A program made the translations under genes and the position numbers. The notes under the pieces were generated by a model that was not told the origin of the DNA, made no database searches, and was given only the letters and a program-made list of their open reading frames with translations. Source: an uncultured Chloroflexia bacterium (lineage in GTDB: Bacteria > Chloroflexota > Limnocylindria > Limnocylindrales > CSP1-4). Taken from it: a DNA stretch of 64,000 bases. Positions 40,276 through 52,483 of the stretch are shown piece by piece (positions within the stretch are counted from its first letter, which is position 1; each line of letters starts with the position of its first letter). The stretch is taken from NCBI GenBank assembly GCA_963844945.1, contig CAWJQZ010000024.1:8116-72115 (forward strand), written 5' to 3'.

Positions 40276-41680
40276 GGGCGGTCATCTCCTCGGGGCGCAC
40301 GGGCGGGATGGCGGTGGCGAGTGGGGCGACCGGGGCCGGAGCGGACGCGGGGCCCGGCGTCGCTGAGGAAGCCGGCGCGGCCGCCACGACCGGACCGACC
40401 CCGGCGACGGGCGACCGGCGCTCGGCGGCGGCGCGGCGGTAGACGAGCGGGACCCGCGGGCCGGAGCGGGCCCGTGCCGTCCCGACAGGCGGGGGCAACG
40501 GCTGCCATGGGAGGAGGCCGGGCGGGCGAGGCGGCTCGGCGAAGCGCCCGTAGACGTACTGGACGGCGTGCACGGCGACCGCGATGAGCGGACCGGCGAC
40601 CAGGAGCGGGATGATCCCGATCTGGCTCGCGACGACCACACCCGGGATGAGGATCGCCGGGTGCACGTCGAGCGCCGGGCCCGAGAGCCGCCCGCCGACG
40701 AGCATCCCCGCGACCTTGAGGACGACGACGTACGAGACGACGAACGCGAGCGCGATCTCCGGGGGCTGCGTGGCGAGGAGGACGAGCGCGGGGAGCGCGC
40801 CGAGGATCGGCCCCACCTGCGGGATGAGCTGCGCGGCGCCGGCGATCGCGGAGACGGCGATGTACGGCGCCTCGGGGATGAGCCCGAACCGTCCGGCCGC
40901 GTAGAGCGCGAGCCACACACCCAGGCCGGTCCCGACCGACGCGAGGAGCTGGACGCGGAGGTACGCGCTCGCGACCGCGTCCACGATGCGCGCGAGCGCG
41001 AGGAGGTCGGGCCGCAGCCATGGCGCGATGTGCCGTGAGAGACGCCGCCGCGCCGGGGGCGTGTCGCGCGTCACCGACAGGATCCAGGTCGGGATGACGA
41101 GGAGCCCGAGGACGACGCTCAACGCATCGAAGGTGTGGATGATCGAGTCGGCGATGAGCTTCGCCAGGCCGTCCACGACGCCGTTGATGTCGGCCTTGAG
41201 GATGGTCACGACCCGCTCGATGACCTCGGTGGCGATCGTCCGCGACCCGTCCGGCAGCGTGGCGAGCCAGTCGCGCACCCGAACGCCGACGTCCGCGAGC
41301 CGGTCCCCGGTCGGGAGCTCGAGGAAGATCTTCACGAGCTGCGCGAGGATGGGCGGGCCCACCACCACGAGGAACGCGATGACGGCGGCGACGACCGCGA
41401 CGACCGCGAGGAGGCCCGCCACCGCGCGCGGCATGTATCGGTCGAGGCGGTCCACGACCGGCAGGACGGCGTAGGCCAGCACACCGCCCGCCAGGAACGG
41501 GACGATCGCCGGCCACGTGACGCCGAGCAGCGCCGCGAGGGCCAGGACGGTGAACGTCACGACGACGATCCGGCCGACGCCGGCGGGGGTCACCGTACGG
41601 ATGCGCGCCCCGAGGGCGCGCCAGGCGGCCCCCGCCCGCTGCTGCGCGTCCGTCGTCGCCACCTGCTGGGCCACCGACAC
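40268..41680 (-). CDS. AI-2E family transporter (single domain)
   Basis: PFLAGGVLAYAVLPVVDRL, AYLRVQL, LIPQVGPILGALP, LDVHPAIL; GTG start at 41680. Confidence 0.85.
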   Translation of the reverse strand: MSVAQQVATTDAQQRAGAAWRALGARIRTVTPAGVGRIVVVTFTVLALAALLGVTWPAIVPFLAGGVLAYAVLPVVDRLDRYMPRAVAGLLAVVAVVAAVIAFLVVVGPPILAQLVKIFLELPTGDRLADVGVRVRDWLATLPDGSRTIATEVIERVVTILKADINGVVDGLAKLIADSIIHTFDALSVVLGLLVIPTWILSVTRDTPPARRRLSRHIAPWLRPDLLALARIVDAVASAYLRVQLLASVGTGLGVWLALYAAGRFGLIPEAPYIAVSAIAGAAQLIPQVGPILGALPALVLLATQPPEIALAFVVSYVVVLKVAGMLVGGRLSGPALDVHPAILIPGVVVASQIGIIPLLVAGPLIAVAVHAVQYVYGRFAEPPRPPGLLPWQPLPPPVGTARARSGPRVPLVYRRAAAERRSPVAGVGPVVAAAPASSATPGPASAPAPVAPLATAIPPVRPEEMTAHG

Positions 41681-42010
41681 CTCGACCTGCGGCACCGCGG
41701 CGCGGCACCCTGGCCATCCTATCGCGGCGGCACGACCGTGATGGGACCGGAGGACGCCCCCGCGGACGCAGAGGGTGCCCAGGAGGGAGCAGCCGTTGAC
41801 GCCGGGTGCCGACACTGGGTCACTCGGGCAGCGCCAGGGGGAGATGGACGGAGGGGTCGCCCGCACCGACGTCTCCCCCTCTCGTGCCCGTGTGCTCTAC
41901 GATGCCTGCGACGCGACCACGTCACGTATGGGACCCGTCCGAGTCGCTCTGTCGCCGGATGCATGGGTCCGCGATGGCGTGGAGCGTGCACGCGACAGGG
42001 AGTCACGCGC

Positions 42011-43116
<1,106 letters not shown>

Positions 43117-43120
<4 letters not shown>

Positions 43121-43821
43121 GCTCCGCAGACCCCGGCGCGCGCGACGACGCGACGCGCGCGCCGGACGCATCCGTTCCCGCTCCCGCGGCCGTTCCGGAC
43201 CCCGGCTCCGCCGGGGTCCCGTTCGCGCCCCCGCCGGCAGACGACCCCGACGCGCGCCTGCGCGAGACCGTGGTGGACAGCGAGATCCTCCACCGCGGCC
43301 GCACGCTCACCTTCCGCATCGACACGGTCCGCAGGCCGGACGGATCCCTTCGGCGGCGCGAGGTCGCCGGTCACCCCGGCGCGGTGGCGATCGTCGCCGT
43401 GGACGAGGCCGGGCGCATCCTGCTCGTCCGCCAGCCCCGCTCCGCAACCGGGCGGATCCTCCTGGAGATCCCCGCGGGCACGCTCGAGGTGGGGCCGGAC
43501 GGCGCGACCGAGGACCCTGCGAGCGCCGCCCGGCGCGAGCTCGAGGAGGAGACCGGCCACCGCGCACGCGCGTGGCGGCACGCGGCCGACTTCTACACGG
43601 CGCCAGGCTTCACCGACGAACTCATGCATCTCTTCATCGCGACCGGGTGCGCCCCGGTGGACGAGGGACTCCCTCCGGATGAGGACGAGTCGATCGAGCT
43701 CGTCCGGCTGACGTGGGACGAGGCGCTCGCCGCCATCGACGGCGGCGAGGTCCAGGACGGGAAGTCGCTCGTCGGGCTCCTGTGGCTCGCTCGCATGGGC
43801 GGGCCGGCCGCGGCGCCCTAG
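43117..43821 (+). CDS. NUDIX hydrolase, ADP-ribose pyrophosphatase (NudF-like); start uncertain
   Basis: REVAGHPGAV, LEIPAGTLE..AARRELEEETG, FYTAPGFTDE, DEDE, DGKS. Confidence 0.9.
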
Positions 43822-44001
43822 CTGTCGTCCGACTCGGTCCTCGAAGACGCGTTACGCGCGCTGCCGGAAGTCGCCACCGCCGACGATCACCGCAGGGCTT
43901 CGGCGCTCTGCCCGACCCTGTCTCCGTCCTGGGTGCGGTCCGCGACGAGGCCGGCGCGATCGTGGAGTGGTCGTCGAGTACGCGAACAGGCGGACGAACC
44001 G

Positions 44002-44478
44002 CTACTCCGGGTCGGCCTCGGCGTCGGCGTCCGCGCGGCGCTCCGCGTCGCCCATGACGATCCCCGTCCCCTCGCCGCCGAGTCGGCGGAGCGCCGACGC
44101 GTACAGGCGGTTCTCGGGCGCGAGGGCCACCGCGAGGCGCAGGTGGGTGGCGGCCTCGTCGGTCCGGCCCACCTGCTTGAGGCTCTGGCCGAGCGCGTAG
44201 TGGGCGTAGTGGGCGGACGGGTCGACCACGAGCAGGTCCGCGAAGACCTCGGCGGCGCGAGCGTGGTCGCCGGCGTTGTACGACGCCCGACCCAGCGACT
44301 CGAGGATCGAGCCGCGGCCGGGCTCGAGGCGCGCGGCGCGCTCGAGGACGATGGCCGCCTGCGCGAAATGGCGGCCGCGCATGAGCTCACGGCCGCGCTG
44401 GAGGAGCGCGTACGGGGTCTCGCGATCCGCCGGATCGTCGCCCGGATCCGGGGGGAAGTCGAAGCGCTGGTCGTCCAC
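44002..44478 (-). CDS. TPR-repeat protein
   Basis: AQAAIVLERAARLEP..ILESLGRA..YAHYALGQSL..HLRLAVALAPEN. Confidence 0.85.
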   Translation of the reverse strand: MDDQRFDFPPDPGDDPADRETPYALLQRGRELMRGRHFAQAAIVLERAARLEPGRGSILESLGRASYNAGDHARAAEVFADLLVVDPSAHYAHYALGQSLKQVGRTDEAATHLRLAVALAPENRLYASALRRLGGEGTGIVMGDAERRADADAEADPE

Positions 44479-44530
44479 GTGCGCATCGTCCCACGGAACG
44501 CCGGGGAGCGCCGCCGGCGACGTCGCCGCC

Positions 44531-45086
44531 CTAGACCCGCGTGGTCCCGATGGCGGGCGGCGTCGCGGGGACGACGGCGGCGAGCCGGTCGGCGTAGCGG
44601 GCGAAGAGCCCGAGCCTGGCGGCTCTCGCGGTCCGGGCGCGGCGGGATGCGGCCGCCGATCCAGAGCCAGGCCGCCGATTCCTCGAACAGGAGGTCGCAG
44701 AGGGCCAGGGCGCGCGCCAGCGCGAGGCCGAGCTCGTCCTCGTCGAGGACCGCGAGCGGGATCTCCTGGGTGAGGATCGGCCGGTCATCCGTCGCGAGCG
44801 AGAACTTCGCGAACGGGATCTCGTCGTTCCAGCGGAGGAGCTTCCGGTACGACTTGATGCGCGAGTCCCCGATGGGGGGCGCGTAGTGGACCCAGACGAC
44901 GACGCCGGTCTCGGGGTCGAGGATGAGCGTGACGCGGACGTCGAAGCGGCGGAGGCCGTCGAGCGTCAGGTCCCAGGACGCGGCACCGTCGCGCTCGTGG
45001 CGCGCCGGCGGCTCGATGCCGAGGTCGACGAGCCAGCCCTCGACGACCTCGGGCGTGACGTCCCGGCCGGACCGGGGCACCGTCAA
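44531..45086 (-). CDS. YbjN-like (T3SS chaperone-fold) protein; frameshift near 44630
   Basis: WDLTLDGLRR..WVHYAPP..YRKLLRWN..FAKFSL..DELGLALAR; TTGA overlap with the glgC stop. Confidence 0.65.
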
Positions 45087-46492
45087 CGGCGCGGGCGCGG
45101 GGTCTTCGCCGGCCCGGCCGCCTTCTCGTCGGGATCGACCGCGCCGGCCGCGACGTCGGCCGCCGTGGCGACCTCCTCGATCGCCGCCTCCGCGGCCTTC
45201 TCGATCTGCCGGACGACCCTCTTGCGCGCGGCGCGGGTCTCGCTGTGGGTGACGGTCTCGCCCGCGGCGACGACGCGCGACGCGTAGTCGCTCGCCTTGA
45301 CGTCGGGGTCGATGCGCACGTTGCGCCCGATCCGGTGGCTGCGCGGGACGACCGCCCGCTTCCCGACGACCGTGATGCCGGTCGTCAGGGCGTTGGGCTC
45401 CTTCTTGTTCGCCGGGGCGGGGATGGGCCCCTCGCCGACGATGGCCCCCGCCCCCACGACGACCTCCTTGTCGAGGATCGACTGGTCGACGATCGCGCCG
45501 GTGCGGATCACGGAGTCGAACATGACGATCGAGTCGCGGACGACCGCGCCCTGCTCCACGCGGACGCCCGGCGAGAGGACGGAGTTCACGACGGTCCCGT
45601 CGACGACGCAGCCGTGGGAGACGAGGCTCCGGACGACCATCGCGGTCCGGCCGATCTTCGCCGGCGCGCGCTCCTCGGACCGGGTGTGGATCAGCCATTC
45701 GCGGTCGTACATGTCGAGCGCCGGGGACTCCTCGAGGAGCTCGAGGTTCGTCGCCCAGTAGCTGCCGATCGTCCCCACGTCCTGCCAGTAGCCGTCGAAC
45801 CGGTACGCGTACACCCGCGCGCCGCCCTCGAGCATCGCCGGGATGACGTCGCCGCCGAAGTCGGGCCGGGACTCGGAGAGCCACTCGCGGAGGGCGCGCT
45901 TCGAGAAGACGTAGATGCCCATGCTCGCGAGGTCGCTCTTGGGCTGCTTCGGCTTCTCCTGCCACTCGGTCACGCGGCCGTGCTCGTCGACCGCGAGGAT
46001 CCCCATCCGCGGCGCCTCCGCCATCGGGACGCGACGGACGGCGATCGTGACGTCGGCCCGGCGGCGCCGGTGGAGGTTCACGAACGGCTGGTAGTCCATC
46101 TTGTAGACGTGGTCGCCGGCGAGGACCAGGACGCAGTCGCCCGGCGCCTGCTCCACCGCGCGGATGTTCTGGAAGACCGCGTCCGCCGTCCCGCGGTACC
46201 AGATCGCGATGCGGCCCTGGGCGATGTACGGCTGGAGGATGCGGATGCCGCCGCTCGTGCGGTCGAGGTCCCACGGACGGCCGGTCCCCATGTGGTCGTT
46301 GAGCGACCGCGGGTTGTACTGCGTGAGGACCACGACGTTGTCGCCGCCCGAGTTGACGATGTTGCTCAGGGCGAAGTCGATGATCCGGTACTTGCCCGCG
46401 AACGGCACGGCAGGCTTCGCGCGCTGCGACGAGAGGATCGAGAGGCGCGCCCCTTCGCCGCCGGCAAGGATCACGCTCAGCGTCCGCTTCAC
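45083..46492 (-). CDS. glgC: Glucose-1-phosphate adenylyltransferase
   Basis: [68 protein letters not shown], left-handed beta-helix tail. Confidence 0.93.
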   Translation of the reverse strand: MKRTLSVILAGGEGARLSILSSQRAKPAVPFAGKYRIIDFALSNIVNSGGDNVVVLTQYNPRSLNDHMGTGRPWDLDRTSGGIRILQPYIAQGRIAIWYRGTADAVFQNIRAVEQAPGDCVLVLAGDHVYKMDYQPFVNLHRRRRADVTIAVRRVPMAEAPRMGILAVDEHGRVTEWQEKPKQPKSDLASMGIYVFSKRALREWLSESRPDFGGDVIPAMLEGGARVYAYRFDGYWQDVGTIGSYWATNLELLEESPALDMYDREWLIHTRSEERAPAKIGRTAMVVRSLVSHGCVVDGTVVNSVLSPGVRVEQGAVVRDSIVMFDSVIRTGAIVDQSILDKEVVVGAGAIVGEGPIPAPANKKEPNALTTGITVVGKRAVVPRSHRIGRNVRIDPDVKASDYASRVVAAGETVTHSETRAARKRVVRQIEKAAEAAIEEVATAADVAAGAVDPDEKAAGPAKTPRPRR

Positions 46493-46594
46493 GAGGGCCC
46501 CTCCGCACCGGGACGCACGTCAATGGGTGGACGCGTCCCCGCTGCCGATGCTAGCACGCACGGTGGGCGCGCCTGAGGGGTCGCGGGACCGGGC

Positions 46595-47930
46595 CTACAG
46601 GAAGAGGCGCGGGTTCGAGAAGTTGTTGTTGAGGTCGACCATCCAGTGGAGGTGCGGGCCGCTCGTCCGGCCCGTCATCCCCACGTACCCGATGACCTGG
46701 CCCTGGCTCACGCGCTGGCCCGCGTGGACCGGCAGCCCGGGCTCCAGGTGGCCGTACCACGTCTGGAGGGACGTGGAGTGGGCGATGATCACGATGACCG
46801 CCTTCGGGAAGGGGTCGTACGGGTTGTACCCCGCGAACGCGACGATCCCGTCGCCGGAGGCGCGGATCGGGGTCCCGATCGGCGCGGCGATGTCGATCCC
46901 GTTGTGCCAGTGGCTGCAGCCGCCGGCGGGCGGCTCCCAGCCCACGCCGGTGCACCCGTACTCCTGCGTCACCACGCCCCCGAGCGGCCAGATCAGCGAG
47001 CCGTTGTACTGCGACGGGATGTTGCCGCCGAGCTGCTGGGCGTTGATGAGCTTCTGGATCTTGTTCTTGAGGGCGTTCTCGGCGGCGATCTCGCGGTTCA
47101 TCGCCGCCTTGAGCTGCGAAGCGGTGAGCTTCACCTTGTTGAAGTTGCGCTGCTGGATCGCCAGCTGCGCCTTCACCTTCGCGTCGAGCTTCTTGAGCGC
47201 GTCCTTGGCCTTCTTCAGCTCGGCGAGCTGGCCGACGAGCGCGGTCTTCTGGTCGCGCGCCTCGAGCCGCAGCTCGTTCGTGGTCTCGCGCGCGTCGGCC
47301 GCCATCTGGCGGGTGATCGCGACCTGCTGGCGGTCCTTCTCGATCTGCGCGGCGAGGGCCTGGTCCTGGACGGAGAAGTCGAGGTACGAGGAGACGTCCG
47401 ATATGACGTCGGTGAACGACTGCGCGGAGAGGACCGTCTCGAGGAGCGACGTCCGGTCCGTCATGTAGGCGGCGCGGAGGCGCGTGGCGAGGAGGGACTT
47501 GCGGATCTCGAGGAGGCGGTCCTCCTTCGCGGCCTCCGCGTCCAGGTCGGCGACCTGCGCGTCCCACTCCCGGACCGTGGCGCCGAGGTACTCGACGCGC
47601 TTGCGCGCCTCGGTCACGTCGATCGCTCACCTTCGCGACGCGCTTGCGCGCGACCTTCAGGTCGGCGTTGACCGAGGCGAGGGCGTCCGCGGTCGCGTTG
47701 ATGTCCTGCTGCAGGTTCGCCTGCTGGGCCTTCAGCTTGACGATCTGCTTCTTCTGCGCCTCGATCTTCGCGCGCAGCGCCTTCTGCTTCGCGATCGCGT
47801 CGGCGAGGGGGTCGCCGGCGCTCACCGGCGCGGCGACCGCGCCCGTGACGAGGGCGATGAGGAAGGCGATGAGGAAGAGGCGCGAGAGGCGCCGGAAGCC
47901 GGGCGACCGCCCGGTCCGCGTCCCGATCAC
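46595..47930 (-). CDS. Secreted coiled-coil protein with a C-terminal M23 peptidase (EnvC/CwlO-like architecture); frameshift near 47620
   Basis: Signal peptide, long coiled coil, WPLGG, HNGID (HxxxD), [13 protein letters not shown] (HxH). Confidence 0.9.
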
Positions 47931-48110
47931 TCTTCGCCTCGAGAGAACGACGTCATCCGCCGAACGAGACTCCCTTGCCGCGATACCCCGCGGGTCGTCG
48001 CCACGCTCGCCGTTGGCGTCGTCCCACGCCGGGCACACCGTGGGACGACCCCGGCTCTTCCCGAGTCTACCACCGGGTCGCGGAACGGCCCCCCGACGGG
48101 TCCGGGCGCC

Positions 48111-48757
48111 TCAGAGCGACAGGAGGACGGCGTAGACCGCGCCGATGATGAGGAACGGCCCGTACGGGACATACGTCCGCAGCGTGATCCGGCGGAAGAG
48201 CGAGCAGGACGAGCAGGACGACGCCGGCGAGGATCGATCCCCGCGACCACGCCGGTGAGCGGTCCGCGTGAAGCCCGCGAGGAGGCCCGGCCGAGACGAG
48301 GTACTTCACGTCGCCGAGGCCGAACGCGCCCGAGCCGAACGGGATGGAGAGCGACGAAGAGGACGCGCGGGGATGACGACCGCGGCCACGACCGCCCCGA
48401 GCTCCGAGCCCCTGACGAGCGGGTTCAGCCCCGCGACGAGGAGGACGGCGGCCGACGGCGATCGAGCGGGAGCGTGAGCGACGTCGGGCAGGAGCCGCTG
48501 GTCGAGGTCGATCGGCGAAGAGAGGACGAGCGCCGACGAACCACGCCGCGAGGATGACGAACGTCGCCGGCTCCGGGTCGCGCGCCGCGAGCACGCGCGA
48601 AGGCCGTCCCGGCCGCGACGACGGTCACGGCGGTCCGCCATCCCGGGCGCCGGCCGCCCTCGCCCGGCTCGTGCTCCGGCCAGCGGACGGCGATCCGGTC
48701 CGCGGCGAGACCCCACGCGGCGCCCGCGAGCGCGAGGAGGACGACGAGGGGCGTCAT
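48111..48757 (-). CDS. A24 prepilin peptidase-like membrane protein; heavily frameshifted
   Basis: Fragments IDLDQRLLPD, FGLGDVKYL, VPYGPFLIIGA in different frames. Confidence 0.75.
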
Positions 48758-48811
48758 CGTCCTGCCGTCACCCCGCGTGCTGCCGGCGGCCGGCGTGTCG
48801 GGCCCGGCGCC

Positions 48812-50317
48812 CTATCGCGCGCCGGCGAGCGCGAGCTCGACGAGCGTCGCGTGGGTGACGCCGTTCGCGCCGCGCGGCGCCCACGGCCGCGGCTTGCGGA
48901 AGTAGCCCGTCCCGCCGATGTCGAGGTGCGCCCAGGGCTTCGTCGTGAACTCGCGGATGAAGAGCCCGCTCTTCACGAGGCTCCCCTCGGACGCGCCCGA
49001 GTTGGTGAGGTCCGCGTACCAGCTCTTCATGTCGGCGAGGTAGTCGTCGACGAGGGGGATCTGCCAGTAGCGCTCGCCGGCGCGGTCCGCGGCGGCCGCG
49101 ATCGCGTCGTACCAGGACTGCGGCGTCGCGAAGGCGCCCGTGACGAGCTCGCCGAACGCCCGGCTCACGAGGCCCGTGAGGGTGGCGACGTCCACGAGGT
49201 GGCTGGCGCCGAGCTGCTCGGCGTACGTGAGCGCGTCGCCGAGGATGAGGCGGCCCTCCGCGTCCGTGTTGATGATGTCGACCGTCTTCCCGTTGAGGGC
49301 GCGGACGATGTCGCCTGGCCGCGCCGAATGCGGCCCGGGCATGTTCTCGACGGCCGGCGCGATCGCGAGGAGCGGCGTCCCGGGCGCGAGGCGGGCGACG
49401 GTGGCGATGGCCGCGATGACCGTGCATGCGCCGGTCTTGTCCATCTTCATCTCTTCCATCCGGTCGGCGCCCTTGAGGCTGATGCCGCCGGAGTCGAAGC
49501 AGACGCCCTTGCCGACCATCGCGAGCAGGCGGCCCTGGGCGTCGGTGGCGCCCTCCGGCCCGGAGCGCATGACGATCATCCGGGGCGGGTTCGTGCTGCC
49601 GCGCCCGACCGCGAGGAACATCCCCATGCCGAGCTCCGCCGCACGCTCGGGGCCGATCACGTCGATCGACAGCCCGTGCGCCTCGGCGAGCGCGCGCGCC
49701 TCCTCGGCGAGGACCTCGGGGCTCACGTCGTTCGCGGAGCGGTTCGCGAGGCGGCGGGCCGTGTTCGCGCCCTCGCCGACGATGCGGCCGCGCTCGGCGG
49801 CGGCGGCCAGCGCGGTCGCGTTCGCGCCGGTGGCGACGAGGACGAGCTCGTCGAGCGTCGGCGGCGCGTCCTTGACGTCGTCGCGGTAGATCGCGGCGGG
49901 CTCGAACGAGCCCTCGACGACGCCGCGCGCCAGGAGCTCGACGACCGCGGTGGCGCCGCCGTCGACATGCGCCGCGACGGCGTCCACGACGATCGCGAGG
50001 CTCGCGACCTTCATCCCGGCGAGCCGGCGCTCGATCGTCGCGCCGAGATGCACCACCGTCTCGCGGTCGAGCTCGGCCGCGTCGCCGGCGCCGACGCCGA
50101 GGAGCCGGCGAGCGCGCAGCTCGCCGCCGGGGGCGAGAGCCGTGGCGTACCGCTTGGTCTGCAGCTCGCCGAGGTCGAGCTGCGTCCGCAGCTCACCCGC
50201 TGCCCGGCGATCGATCTCGCCGAGCGGGCCGTCCCAGTCGGGCGTGTCGAAGAGCGGGACCGCGAGGACGTCGGCGGGGACTTCCCAGGGCTGGTCGGTG
50301 GCGATGCGGATCTGCAT
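48812..50317 (-). CDS. pepA: Leucyl aminopeptidase (M17)
   Basis: VGKGVCFDSGGISLK, MKMDKTGA, ENMP, NTDAEGRLILGD, DVATLTG, WAHLDI. Confidence 0.93.
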   Translation of the reverse strand: MQIRIATDQPWEVPADVLAVPLFDTPDWDGPLGEIDRRAAGELRTQLDLGELQTKRYATALAPGGELRARRLLGVGAGDAAELDRETVVHLGATIERRLAGMKVASLAIVVDAVAAHVDGGATAVVELLARGVVEGSFEPAAIYRDDVKDAPPTLDELVLVATGANATALAAAAERGRIVGEGANTARRLANRSANDVSPEVLAEEARALAEAHGLSIDVIGPERAAELGMGMFLAVGRGSTNPPRMIVMRSGPEGATDAQGRLLAMVGKGVCFDSGGISLKGADRMEEMKMDKTGACTVIAAIATVARLAPGTPLLAIAPAVENMPGPHSARPGDIVRALNGKTVDIINTDAEGRLILGDALTYAEQLGASHLVDVATLTGLVSRAFGELVTGAFATPQSWYDAIAAAADRAGERYWQIPLVDDYLADMKSWYADLTNSGASEGSLVKSGLFIREFTTKPWAHLDIGGTGYFRKPRPWAPRGANGVTHATLVELALAGAR

Positions 50318-50430
50318 CGGGAGAACCTCGGGCGATGCCGCCGGGTGGCGGCGGGATGCGTGCGTCCCGGCACGGGGCCGCGCCCGTCGGGGCGGCGCGG
50401 CGGGCTCCGCATGGGTGCGCGGGGACGCTC

Positions 50431-51377
50431 CTACTCTACCGTCCCGGCCGCGGCGGCGAGCCGTCCGCGTGCCTCCTCGATCGCGATGACGGACTGGTTC
50501 AGCCCGCCACGGGCGATGTCGCCGAGGATGAGGACGAGGGCACGCGTGTCCGGGGGGAGGGCGGCGCGCGCGGAATCCACCGCCGCGAGCGCCGCGGTCA
50601 CGCCGGGCGTGAGCCTGCCGTTCGACGACTCGAGGCGCGTGTAGAGCCTCCGCAGCGCCGTGTCGATCGCCTCGTTCCGCGCGATCCACTGGTCCAGCGT
50701 CCCGACGTCCACCCGCTCGGCGAGGTCGTCGCGGATCACGCTCGCGGCCGTGAGCTCCGCCTCCGCCGCGTCGATCCCGGTGATGGCGTCCGCGTAGCGG
50801 CCCTGGCTCCCCGCGAGGACCGCCTCCCCTGCCTTCGCGTCGTGCGCCGTCAGGTGGGCGGAGAGCGCGAGGGCGGGCGCCGCGCCGCGTGCGAGGGCGG
50901 CCCAGCGTTCGCGGAGCCCGTCCGTCGCGGGCAGCGCGGCGACGAGCCGGTCGTAGCGGGCGATCGTCTCCGGCGAGTACCGGACCACGGCTTCCGCCGC
51001 GCCCAGGGGGAGAGCGGCCAGGGCGGCGCGGAGGTCCGCGACGCCCGCGTCGATCGTGTCGAGCTGCGTGGACCCGCGCGGCCACCTCCGCGTCGACCGT
51101 CGCGGCATCGGAGGCGACGAGCGCCGCGAGCGCGGCCCTCCCGTGCTCCCCGAGGGCCGCGACGTCCGTCGCGAGCCCGCCGAGCGCGGCGTCCGCTGCG
51201 GCGAGACCGGGCGCCACCTGCGCGTCGGCCGCGGCGGTGAGCTCCGGGCACTGCCGCGGTCGGCTGGACGCGCGAGGCGCCGGCGACGATCCCCGCGCCA
51301 CCGAGCGCGATGACCGCGGCGGCCGCCACCCAGACGACGCCGAACAGGATCCCCCGGAGGCGGTCGAGACGGTCCGT
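50431..51377 (-). CDS. Membrane-anchored helical hypothetical protein; frameshifts, start uncertain
   Basis: N-terminal TM ILFGVVWVAAAAVIALGGAGIVAG after an AGGAGG RBS; Ala-rich helical body ending LPPDTRALVLILGDIARGGLNQSVIAIEEARGRL. Confidence 0.65.
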
Positions 51378-51402
51378 GGTCCCCTCCTGCGCGGTCGCCG
51401 GC

Positions 51403-52384
51403 CTAGGCGGTCGCCGGCCGCCCCGCCGGCCGAGGCTTCGCCGTCGCCGGGTCCTGGTCGCGCTTCTTCGTCCGGAGGTACCAGAGCTGGCCCTCCATCG
51501 CGCGCGGCACGAAGCCGAAGGCGCGGTAGCAGCCATCGAGCGGCCCGATGTTGTCGAGCTTGAGCTGGCGGAGCTGGTCGGTCGCGACGGGGAACGGCAG
51601 GTGGACGAGCTCGGCCGCGCCGGCGACCGTGCCGATGATCGGCACCGGCATCGGGACGATCCGCCGGCCCTTCCGCATCCCGCGGCAGACCTCCTGCGTG
51701 ATCTCGCGGTAGGTCCAGTAGCGCGGCCCGCCGAGGTCGATCGACCTCCCGATCGTCTTCGGGTCCTCCAGCGCCATCCGCGTGCAGATCGCGACGTCGG
51801 CGACGGCGATCGGCTGGAAGCGCGCCTTCCCGGACCCGGGGACGGGGACGATCCCGGGAGAGGTGCGGACGAGATCGGCGACGATGTTGAAGAAGCCGTC
51901 GCGCGGGCCCCACATCAGCGACGGCTTGAGGATCGTCCAGTCGAGGTCGCTCGCGCGCACGGCCTTCTCGGCTCGCGCCTTGGATCGCGCGTAGTGGAGC
52001 TCCTCGTCGTCCCTGACGGCCATCGCGCCCATGTGGACGAAGCGGCGGACGCCCGACTTCGCCGCGGCCGCGAGCATGTTCTCCGTCCCGCCGAGGTTCA
52101 CCTTCAGACAGGGACTTCCCGCCGTCGCGGTCGCGCGCGATCGCGACGAGGTGGACGACCGCGTCGACCCCGGCGAGCGCCTCGTCGAGGCCCTTCCCGC
52201 TGACGGGATCGCCGGTGCGGAACGAGACGGCACGCGCCTGGTCGGCATCGAGTCGCGCCGTCACCGCCGCGGCGGCGCGGTCGTCGCGGACGAGCGCCAC
52301 GACGTGGTGCCCACCGGAGACGAGCTCCGGGACGACGTACGAGCCGACGAACCCGCTGGCGCCGGTGACGAGGACGGTGGACAT
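51403..52384 (-). CDS. NAD(P)-dependent atypical SDR (NDUFA9-like epimerase/dehydratase); frameshift near 52110
   Basis: VLVTGASGFVGS, VVHLVAI, YARSK, FQPIAVADVA. Confidence 0.88.
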
Positions 52385-52483
52385 CGCTGGACCCTCTGCA
52401 GACGAGCGGCCGCGGTCGCGGCCATCCGATGGACGTTCGGGCGCCGCGGACGGACGGATGCACCGGCATCGTAGCATCGGGGG

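Noticed and set aside
47931-48110. c-di-AMP riboswitch upstream of the M23 peptidase
   Set aside because: Only an 11-bp hairpin (GTCGTCCCACG/CGTGGGACGAC) is seen; the conserved ydaO segments are not recognisable.
48812-52477. 1221-aa SDR-pepA fusion and 43887-46523 ORF from the ORF track
   Set aside because: Artefacts of open frames spanning separate genes with their own starts and stops.
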